In this document: positions 57,872-64,000 of the stretch, one piece after another
Numbering within the stretch: position 1 is the stretch's first letter
Layout: the number at the start of each line of letters is the position of its first letter
Assembly (NCBI GenBank): GCA_964347265.1
Contig: CAYFXV010000003.1
Location: 3,001-67,000, forward strand
Reading direction: 5' to 3'
DNA from: an uncultured archaeon
GTDB taxonomy: Archaea > Aenigmatarchaeota > Aenigmatarchaeia > Aenigmatarchaeales > Aenigmatarchaeaceae
Length of the DNA: 64,000 nt
Program-made: the position numbers and the translations under genes
Notes under the pieces: model-generated
Databases searched by the model: none
What the model was told of the DNA's origin: nothing
Seen by the model: only the letters and a program-made list of their open reading frames with translations

Positions 57872-58345
57872 ATGAAAGGACAGACAGCAGTTGAGTACCT
57901 TATGACTTATGGATGGGCAATTTTGATAATTTTAATAGTAGCTGGAGTTTTAGCATACTACGGTATATTTGCACCAGGATCATTTGTGGGACCAAGTAAA
58001 AAGGGATTCGCAACAGTAGATATTATATCACCTTGGGACTTAGATTCATCGGATGTGCTAAGATTAACATTTGAAAATAGAGTTGGTGAAGCAATAAATA
58101 TAACTAGTGTTTCTGCTGATGAAGGCACCACAGCACCAACTACGCCTACAGCTTGTGGTGGTTTGCCAGCTGGTGGTATACAAATAGCTGCAGGTGCTCG
58201 TTCAACTGTGACTTCATTCACATGTGGAGGCGCAAATGCAGGATCTACAGGACAACCGTATCAATTATACGTTATTGTAACTTATGACGCGGGAGCCATG
58301 ACAGATTTGAAAAGTACAGGTACTCTGAGTGGATCAGTAAGCTAA
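57872..58345 (+). CDS. Type IV pilin, major-pilin candidate (class III signal MKG|QTAVEYLMTY)
   Basis: MKG leader, Q+1, E+5, a hydrophobic helix and a Gly/Thr/Ala-rich globular part (157 aa). Confidence 0.7.
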   Translation: MKGQTAVEYLMTYGWAILIILIVAGVLAYYGIFAPGSFVGPSKKGFATVDIISPWDLDSSDVLRLTFENRVGEAINITSVSADEGTTAPTTPTACGGLPAGGIQIAAGARSTVTSFTCGGANAGSTGQPYQLYVIVTYDAGAMTDLKSTGTLSGSVS

Positions 58346-58386
58346 TAGTTTTCAATTATTTTAAATTTATTTTTTTATTGTTTTTT
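58346..58386. terminator. Bidirectional oligo-T termination zone between the convergent pilin gene and the mini-gene operon
   Basis: Several T5-T7 runs on both strands. Confidence 0.35.
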
Positions 58387-58647
58387 CTATTTCTTTTTAT
58401 GAATTCTTTTTTTCCATTTTTCTAATTTTTTGAAATAGTCTTCAAATAGATAATACCACATACCTTTTGGCCAATTATCGCTTTTATATTCTCTTTCTAT
58501 TTCTTTATCTGAATTATAAGCATGTTTTGCTTTTCCCAATTTCTTTCTGTTCTTATATCCATCAACATTAACGTCAAAGTCCTTTAATCTCACATCTCTC
58601 TTTTCCTTATCTATAACAATTGTTGAACTGATTTTTGATTGATACAT
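58387..58647 (-). CDS. Mini-gene E (86 aa from ATG 58647; the ORF track starts at 58701), Lys-rich divergent member
   Basis: The gene D stop TAA is followed by a TAATATG junction. The C-terminus is basic (KKLEKWKKRIHKKK). Confidence 0.4.
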   Translation of the reverse strand: MYQSKISSTIVIDKEKRDVRLKDFDVNVDGYKNRKKLGKAKHAYNSDKEIEREYKSDNWPKGMWYYLFEDYFKKLEKWKKRIHKKK

Positions 58648-58648
58648 A

Positions 58649-58837
58649 TTATCTCCTTCTCTGTAAGTCATAAGTATAGAAATTGGCCTTATCAAGCACA
58701 TCAGGCAGTCTATGCGATAAATCTCTTGCTATTCCTAAATCATTTGACTTAGTAGAACCTCTACCATGTATAGCTGAGAAATATTTGTTATTAGTGCACA
58801 CAGAAGTGACGCTCATTTTACCATAATATTCGGGCAT
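58649..58837 (-). CDS. Mini-gene D (62 aa from ATG 58837): MPEYYGKMSV...GRGSTKSNDLGIARDL
   Basis: About 30% identical to C. Uses the TAATG overlap with C. The ORF track begins at GTG 58846. Confidence 0.5.
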   Translation of the reverse strand: MPEYYGKMSVTSVCTNNKYFSAIHGRGSTKSNDLGIARDLSHRLPDVLDKANFYTYDLQRRR

Positions 58838-59034
58838 TATTTCCACCCCATGGACCTTTTATGAGCCTCATATGCTATTTGATTTGCTCTACTCACAGAA
58901 TCAGCCAAACCCTCTGAAATTGTTATTGCTATATCTCTATCATTTGACCTGGCAGAACCCAGACCTTCTAATTTTGTGTAATCTTTTCTTGTTGTTATTG
59001 TACTTTTATTATGAAGTTTTCCATAATACGACAT
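58837..59034 (-). CDS. Mini-gene C (65 aa): MSYYGK...GLGSARSNDRDIAITISEGLADSVSRANQI
   Basis: TAATG stop/start overlaps on both sides. NDRDIAITISEGLADSVSRAN resembles the DUF1508/YegP core (NGEvIAsSEGYaSkasAenGI). Confidence 0.5.
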   Translation of the reverse strand: MSYYGKLHNKSTITTRKDYTKLEGLGSARSNDRDIAITISEGLADSVSRANQIAYEAHKRSMGWK

Positions 59035-59195
59035 TACATCACCTCGCTTTGCACATAAGAAGCTGTATATTTTACATGATCTTTGTCTTTTCCCACAACT
59101 TTTAGACTTCTTTCAAAAGTTGTAGAATTTTTATTTCCACGTAAACTTCTATAGAATTCACTTTTTACATAATACGGAGATCTTTTATTTACCAT
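59034..59195 (-). CDS. Mini-gene B (53 aa from ATG 59195; the ORF track extends it to 59270)
   Basis: MVNKRSPYYVKSEF... The ATG lies 4 nt after the gene A stop. Its stop overlaps the gene C start (TAATG). Confidence 0.45.
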   Translation of the reverse strand: MVNKRSPYYVKSEFYRSLRGNKNSTTFERSLKVVGKDKDHVKYTASYVQSEVM

Positions 59196-59199
59196 AAAA

Positions 59200-59445
59200 T
59201 CACAGAGGACTGAAATATCCTTGGTCTCTTCCATATTTTTTCTTAATTTGTCTGTCAAAGTCTTCTTCAAGAGAAGCAGTTACACTACAATAGTCTTTTG
59301 AAGCCTTTGTTTCTTTTATACCAAATGAATTCATAGCACCTATCAATCCTCTATTTCTATGAACTATAGAATGGTCAACCTGAGACCCACCATAATCTGT
59401 TTCAACTGTTGTTTTACCTCTTTCTGATCTAACTCTCATAGTCAT
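59200..59445 (-). CDS. Mini-gene A (81 aa) of the five-gene paralogous array, dodecin/DUF1508-like
   Basis: GGAGGTG SD 6 nt upstream. Contains DYGG...GLIGAMNSFGI, related to the YYGK...G.GS..SND..IA repeat. Confidence 0.5.
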   Translation of the reverse strand: MTMRVRSERGKTTVETDYGGSQVDHSIVHRNRGLIGAMNSFGIKETKASKDYCSVTASLEEDFDRQIKKKYGRDQGYFSPL

Positions 59446-59456
59446 TTTAACACCTC

Positions 59457-59930
59457 CTAAGAATTTTTTAAAAGAAGATCAAGCTTTTCTAAAGTTGAAA
59501 AAACGTTGTTTAAATTGGTTGAAATTATTGGAACTTGGAAATTTCTTTTTTGCATTTCGTTTTCAATTCCTTTTATTAAGATTCCTCTTCCAGGAATGTT
59601 CTTCCTACCATTGTTAATTCTATAAACACCACATATTGGAGAAAATTCTACTCCAAGAATTCCTAGAACTTTAAAATTCGCATCTAAATATTTCTTAATT
59701 GTATTTACAATAAAAGAAGAAGTTTTTTTACAATAATTCTTACAAATTTTAGCATTATTTTCATTTCTTATAAACCTTCCATTACATTCTATTTTTGGAC
59801 AGGGTAATTGAACTATTCCTACGCCAGATTCAGTAAACAACCCTACTAATTCTTTTATTTTAGAGAATTTTTCTTTTCTTATACTCTGATTTAATATACA
59901 ATGTGAGACAAAAATTATTTTTTCACTCAT
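59457..59930 (-). CDS. DUF523 family protein, paralog 2, first gene of the mini-gene operon
   Basis: IIFVSHCILNQSIR...GVGIVQLPCPK...C. 11-nt spacing to mini-gene A. Confidence 0.55.
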   Translation of the reverse strand: MSEKIIFVSHCILNQSIRKEKFSKIKELVGLFTESGVGIVQLPCPKIECNGRFIRNENNAKICKNYCKKTSSFIVNTIKKYLDANFKVLGILGVEFSPICGVYRINNGRKNIPGRGILIKGIENEMQKRNFQVPIISTNLNNVFSTLEKLDLLLKNS

Positions 59931-60003
59931 AAATCAAATATGGAAATAAATATGGCATATAGAATTCTGACTACTAGGGGTTGTAAAAAATAATTAAAAG
60001 AAA

Positions 60004-60621
60004 CTAAAAGAAGCTACCTGAGAGTGGCCCACCAACAAAAGCTCCTATTAGAAACATGAATGCAAGACCTACTAATATAACTATGAGCACTGTTACAATA
60101 CCAACTGGTACTAACCATGTAAGAACTGCTCTTCCTGTTGTATAATTATGGGCTTCCTTTAATGCCATTGTTAAAAGATACAAACCATAAGCCATAACTA
60201 TAAGTGCTAAGAATATACCTGCAAGGGGAATCAAAAATAATATTGATGTTATAATACTCAATGGTGCATAGTAAATAGCATAAAGGTAAGATTGGGTTGT
60301 ATAACTTCCTTTTCCACCGAACAACATAGCAAATATGTATAGTACACCTGATACTATTAACCAGTATAAAACAGCCATTATTGGTGCAAATATTAAAGTT
60401 GCTAAAAATACTATAGGACCTGTAAAAGCTGAAGCAATAGGAGAGAATTGACCTGCTAATACTGAACCAAAGACCATATCAATTAAACCTGTTATGAATC
60501 CTGTTATAAGACCTGCCACAGCCATGTGTAGAGCGCCTTCACCAAGATTTGCATTTTTCTTTTCTTTTTTAAATGTTTCTAAAGGCTTTGTTAAGCTGCC
60601 TATCCACAAATTAAAATTCAA
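60004..60621 (-). CDS. Yip1/DUF1282-like five-TM membrane protein
   Basis: Cytosolic N-terminus then five hydrophobic helices, with topology and size like the Yip1 family. Confidence 0.4.
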   Translation of the reverse strand: MNFNLWIGSLTKPLETFKKEKKNANLGEGALHMAVAGLITGFITGLIDMVFGSVLAGQFSPIASAFTGPIVFLATLIFAPIMAVLYWLIVSGVLYIFAMLFGGKGSYTTQSYLYAIYYAPLSIITSILFLIPLAGIFLALIVMAYGLYLLTMALKEAHNYTTGRAVLTWLVPVGIVTVLIVILVGLAFMFLIGAFVGGPLSGSFF

Positions 60622-60665
60622 ATAATCACCCTATTCTATTAAATATAGTAATCCTCTTATAAAAC

Positions 60666-61442
60666 TTACTTTTTATGTCTTTTTTCCAGATATACAGAAG
60701 TGTAAGAAAGAAGAAGCAAAGGCGTTGTTACAAAAGCTTCTAAAACTGAGCCAATGAATGAAAAAACAGTAGTTAGTCCTGAATTTATTAGAATGAAAAT
60801 TATCATTAAACCCAAAATTGTCAAATAGCTTTTCTTTGAAACTTCAAAACTCTTACCAATAGAATCAATTGCTTTTAGATTGTCAATTACTATTGCCTGA
60901 TTAATAAAAACAAAGAAAATACTAATTAAAACTAAAAGTATTGAACCCAGGGCCACTATTAAAAAAATAGTAATTAACGGAACCAAAGAAGATCCTCCAG
61001 CAAATAATGTTGGAAAGCCTGTCAACAAAAATAAAGGAGAGAATACAGCAATAAAAATAATGAAGAAAATTAAAACAAAAAGTGAATTAGCTCCAATTAT
61101 TGTCCAGAATTTTTCTTTAGCTGTTTTTAACATTGTTTCATATTTTGTTTTTCTTCTCAAAGCTTCATAAAGCATTTTTACAAAACCACCAGTCAAAGCA
61201 ATTGATATCAAAAATCCTATTACGAACATTACTATAGAAAATGAAAGAAGACCTAAATTAGATAGAAAAAGTGTTGATAAATCAACGCCTTTAGAAAATA
61301 AGAAAATAAAAATCCAAGGTAGAACACCAATTAAAAATGGTATGCCAGCAAGTATAAATTGTAGAATCATGGCTGTTAAAATAGGCCAGAAATTCTTTCT
61401 GTAGGCCTTCCAAGATTTTTCTATGTGTTCTATTACCATCAA
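60666..61442 (-). CDS. Polytopic membrane protein (hypothetical, 258 aa)
   Basis: Six or more TM helices. No family. Confidence 0.45.
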   Translation of the reverse strand: MMVIEHIEKSWKAYRKNFWPILTAMILQFILAGIPFLIGVLPWIFIFLFSKGVDLSTLFLSNLGLLSFSIVMFVIGFLISIALTGGFVKMLYEALRRKTKYETMLKTAKEKFWTIIGANSLFVLIFFIIFIAVFSPLFLLTGFPTLFAGGSSLVPLITIFLIVALGSILLVLISIFFVFINQAIVIDNLKAIDSIGKSFEVSKKSYLTILGLMIIFILINSGLTTVFSFIGSVLEAFVTTPLLLLSYTSVYLEKRHKK

Positions 61443-61475
61443 TAATAATTGTAAAAACGGGCTTATAAATTATAT

Positions 61476-61634
61476 CTAAAACAAAGAAAACAGTAATATT
61501 TCTAAAAATATTATTGCAATAGCAATAAAAACAATGATTTTTGGCTCTAACTTTATTCTACTTTCTGTATCTTCTTCATATCTTACTAATCCTGCCATCC
61601 CTGTTGGCGCTCTTAATTTTTTCTTATCAGCCAT
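61476..61634 (-). CDS. secG: Preprotein translocase subunit Sec61-beta (archaeal SecG), not in the ORF track
   Basis: MADKKKLRAPTGMAGLVRYEEDTESRIKLEPKIIVFIAIAIIFLEILLFSLF matches the Sec61-beta signature (..AGL.RY.DE.......P..V.. then a single TM). Confidence 0.6.
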   Translation of the reverse strand: MADKKKLRAPTGMAGLVRYEEDTESRIKLEPKIIVFIAIAIIFLEILLFSLF

Positions 61635-61676
61635 AATAACCAATACTCATTACTATATCTAAAAATTATTTAAAGA

Positions 61677-62006
61677 CTACCTTCTCTTTTTTCTTCTTGG
61701 TTTCTTTTTAACTATCTTCTTCTTTGGTTTTATTTTAACTGGTTGTTTAACTGGCTGCTTCTTCTCTTCTTGGACACTAAGTAAAGCCAAATATATTAAA
61801 ACTGTCCAAATGATTATGTCTGTCAAAAAATAAATCCATAAAATTTCAAAAGGTGCTCCTGGATAAACTACACTTCTCATCCATGGTAAAAGATAACCCC
61901 TATAACTAACTCCTAGTAAAAAGACATTTGGAAAAAATCCTGTAATCAAAGTAATGATTATTCCAGTTAATAAAGAACAAATTGGTATTTTATATTGCTT
62001 ACACAT
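61677..62006 (-). CDS. Small membrane protein with a basic C-terminal tail (109 aa)
   Basis: Three TM helices, then KKQPVKQPVKIKPKKKIVKKKPRRKKRR. Confidence 0.4.
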   Translation of the reverse strand: MCKQYKIPICSLLTGIIITLITGFFPNVFLLGVSYRGYLLPWMRSVVYPGAPFEILWIYFLTDIIIWTVLIYLALLSVQEEKKQPVKQPVKIKPKKKIVKKKPRRKKRR

Positions 62007-62038
62007 AATAATTCATGATAACTTCTATTATATAAAAA

Positions 62039-62866
62039 TTATTGTGTTTTATATATTCTTTCTATTCTTTCTTCATTTATAGCTCTTTTTATACTTCTCA
62101 ATATATTAAAGTATTCTTGAGTTCCATCAAAGACCGAGCTTAACGACAAATTAAAAACATCAGAGGCTTTTTTCCTAGGACATTGAGAACAATGTTCATT
62201 TGGTTGTTCGGGTGAACAATTTATTTTTTTCAGATTTAAGGAAATATTGATATTTCTTATTTCTTCTGTTGTTTTTAATTCCAATTCAAAATTATCTTTA
62301 TATTCTTTTTCAGTTGGAAATATTTCTCTTGTGACCTCATCAATTAGGCTATCTTTTAAAACATGTTCTATCCCTTTTTCTTCTGCTATTTTTTTTAATA
62401 TTTCTACCAAAATATCATCGACCTTAGAAAATTCAAAATATAAATTATTTAATTTTTTCATTTTTTCCAATTTATTTAAATAATCGGTTCCTGGTTTTAA
62501 ACCTTCTAAATTTTTTCTAAGTTTTTCATAATTTTTTTCTCGTTCTATTTTTCTAGATTTTGCATTTTTAAAAAATTTTTTTTCTGCTTTTTCTAACAGA
62601 GCATCATAAGAAAGTAAGCTTGATATATAAAACACAAAAGGTGTTAAATTATCTGTAGCTTCTTTTCGTATTTTTTCCTTTTCGTCTTGATTAACACAAA
62701 CTCTTGATAATGCTCTTTCAACTGATTTCATAACATGTTCTTCATAAATTTGACTTGCTCTATAGAAACGAGCTTGTAAATCTGTATGTCTTGATGCATA
62801 ATTTACAATATCTCTTTTTTCTCTTTGTCCTAAACCTAATCTAATTTGCTGTTCAAGAGACTTCAT
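62039..62866 (-). CDS. Hypothetical protein with a C-terminal C..HCSQC zinc motif (275 aa)
   Basis: Helical, KE-rich, with CSPEQPNEHCSQCPRK. No family recognised. Confidence 0.45.
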   Translation of the reverse strand: MKSLEQQIRLGLGQREKRDIVNYASRHTDLQARFYRASQIYEEHVMKSVERALSRVCVNQDEKEKIRKEATDNLTPFVFYISSLLSYDALLEKAEKKFFKNAKSRKIEREKNYEKLRKNLEGLKPGTDYLNKLEKMKKLNNLYFEFSKVDDILVEILKKIAEEKGIEHVLKDSLIDEVTREIFPTEKEYKDNFELELKTTEEIRNINISLNLKKINCSPEQPNEHCSQCPRKKASDVFNLSLSSVFDGTQEYFNILRSIKRAINEERIERIYKTQ

Positions 62867-63027
62867 TTTACCACATAATTTATAAAAAATATTAAATATT
62901 TAAATCAATAAATTTCTACAGAAATAATTATTCTAAAAATCACAATACAACATCAAAACAAGAGTGTGTGCTGGGCACGCTTGGAGTTGTTAAGATGGTG
63001 TGTTATGGAGGTTTGTATCAGTAAGTT

Positions 63028-64000
63028 TTACCATCTTCTTCTAGATTTTCCTCTAAATCTTTTTCTAAATGGTCTTCTATTTCTAAAATTTCTGTTTCTA
63101 TTAGGTTGATATTTTTTAAATGGTAAAATTTTGAAATTTGTAATTTTCATTTTTTCAATATCATAAGAAAAGGTTTTTATTATTCTTGTAAACGAACCAT
63201 GATCATCTCTGCTCAAAAGCGATATTGCTTTTCCTGATTTCCCTGCTCTAGCTGTTCTTCCTATTCTGTTTGGATAAACTTCTATATCATTTGGTATATC
63301 ATAGTTGAAAATGTGAGTTACGTTTTTTATGTCTAATCCTCTTGCAGCCACATCTGTTGCAACTAAAATTTTTGTTATTCCTTTATGAAAGTTTTCCATT
63401 ACTTTTTCTCTTCTTGCTTGTGACAGCCCACCATGCAAAGCTGTAGCATTTATGCCATTGTCCTTAAGGTTTCTGGAAACTGCATCTACCATTTTTCTAG
63501 TATTGCAGAAAGTAATTGAGAGTCCTGGTTTTTCTTGTTTAATTAAATGAACTAACAAAGAAAATTTTGTTTTTTGATTAACATCACGATAATATTGTTT
63601 TAAAACATCATCACTGACTTTGGTTTTTGTTTTAATTTTTTTTGCATTTTTTGTAAAACTGTCTCTAATTTTTATCAAACTATCTGACATGGTTGCACTA
63701 AACAGTAATGTTTGTCTATTTTTTGGAATATTTTTTTCAATGGTCTTTATGTCTTCAATAAAGCCCATATCAATCATTTCATCTGCTTCATCCAAAACAA
63801 ATATTTTCAAATTACTGGTATTTAATGTTCTTCGTCTCATATGATCTAGAATTCTGCCTGGTGTTCCAATAACTATCTCAGCTTTTCTTAGAGCATAAAT
63901 CTGGGGGTGTATAGAAACTCCTCCATAAACTGTTTGTATATGAAGTTTTTTAGAACGCGAGAATTTCTTAAGATCACTTGCTATTTGTCTGACCAATTCT
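63028..64000 (-). CDS. DEAD-box RNA helicase (C-terminal about 320 aa; the N-terminus lies beyond the window) with an Arg-rich tail
   Basis: TPGR, DEAD (VLDEADEM), SAT, HGGLSQ..R, ARGLD and HRIGRTARAG motifs, plus an RNRNFRNRRPFRKRFRGKSRRRW tail. Confidence 0.85.
   Translation of the reverse strand, partial: ELVRQIASDLKKFSRSKKLHIQTVYGGVSIHPQIYALRKAEIVIGTPGRILDHMRRRTLNTSNLKIFVLDEADEMIDMGFIEDIKTIEKNIPKNRQTLLFSATMSDSLIKIRDSFTKNAKKIKTKTKVSDDVLKQYYRDVNQKTKFSLLVHLIKQEKPGLSITFCNTRKMVDAVSRNLKDNGINATALHGGLSQARREKVMENFHKGITKILVATDVAARGLDIKNVTHIFNYDIPNDIEVYPNRIGRTARAGKSGKAISLLSRDDHGSFTRIIKTFSYDIEKMKITNFKILPFKKYQPNRNRNFRNRRPFRKRFRGKSRRRW

Noticed and set aside
58387-59445. Interpretation of the five short ORFs as a frameshifted pseudogene of one multi-repeat protein
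   Set aside because: Every junction is a canonical coupled stop/start (TAATG, TAATG, TAATATG, TGA then 4 nt then ATG). Each unit has its own ATG exactly at the repeat start, and there is an SD before the first. Four independent frameshifts producing this pattern are implausible. This is kept as the alternative hypothesis in the finding.

Overview
This window is an AT-rich, compact archaeal chromosome segment, probably from a small-genome DPANN-like lineage. The assignment to Archaea rests on S19e, S6e, S26e, aIF2-gamma, aIF5B, Rpo4, Sec61-beta, RtcB with archease, Trm1, and seven tRNAs of which five carry introns.

Main contents, in order along the window:
- **Window start (minus strand):** partial S19e, a small basic ORF, and a B12-binding radical SAM gene flanked by a 72-nt direct repeat.
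- **Housekeeping and modification genes:** purA, a CYTH protein, SAM-methyltransferases and GT2 glycosyltransferases.
- **Surface-protein islands (7.5-17.1 kb):** two adjacent islands bounded by degenerate direct copies of the tRNA-Thr 3' end. They hold a SlaA/SlaB-like giant surface-protein pair (1480 aa secreted plus 510 aa Thr-rich anchored), a Kazal-like Cys-rich secreted protein, a His/Glu-rich anchored protein and a pyrimidine-dimer-glycosylase-like gene.
- **RNA gene cluster:** tRNA-Thr, Met, Lys, Asp and Tyr plus a stand-alone 5S rRNA.
- **Translation and isoprenoid genes:** the S6e-aIF2gamma pair, aIF5B, and a mevalonate/isoprenoid cluster (HMG-CoA synthase, IDI-2, two GHMP kinases, an MVD-family decarboxylase, IPK, GGPP synthase).
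- **Other notable genes:** an M23 peptidase with a wHTH domain, TrmB regulators, Trm1, an MGMT-like protein, DUF655-Rpo4-S26e, RtcB-archease and ArgRS.
- **Pilus locus (about 9 kb):** a Tad-like type IV pilus locus with two class-III-signal pilins, pilin-like large proteins, a FlaI/TadA ATPase and a split TadB/TadC-like platform. It is bracketed by inverted DUF523 paralogs.
- **Mini-gene operon:** an unusual operon of five translationally coupled, paralogous 53-86 aa mini-genes (dodecin/DUF1508-like).
- **Window end:** membrane proteins, a previously unlisted Sec61-beta gene and a partial DEAD-box helicase.

No CRISPR array, integrase or transposase was seen. The ORF track uses non-ATG (TTG/GTG) starts in places.
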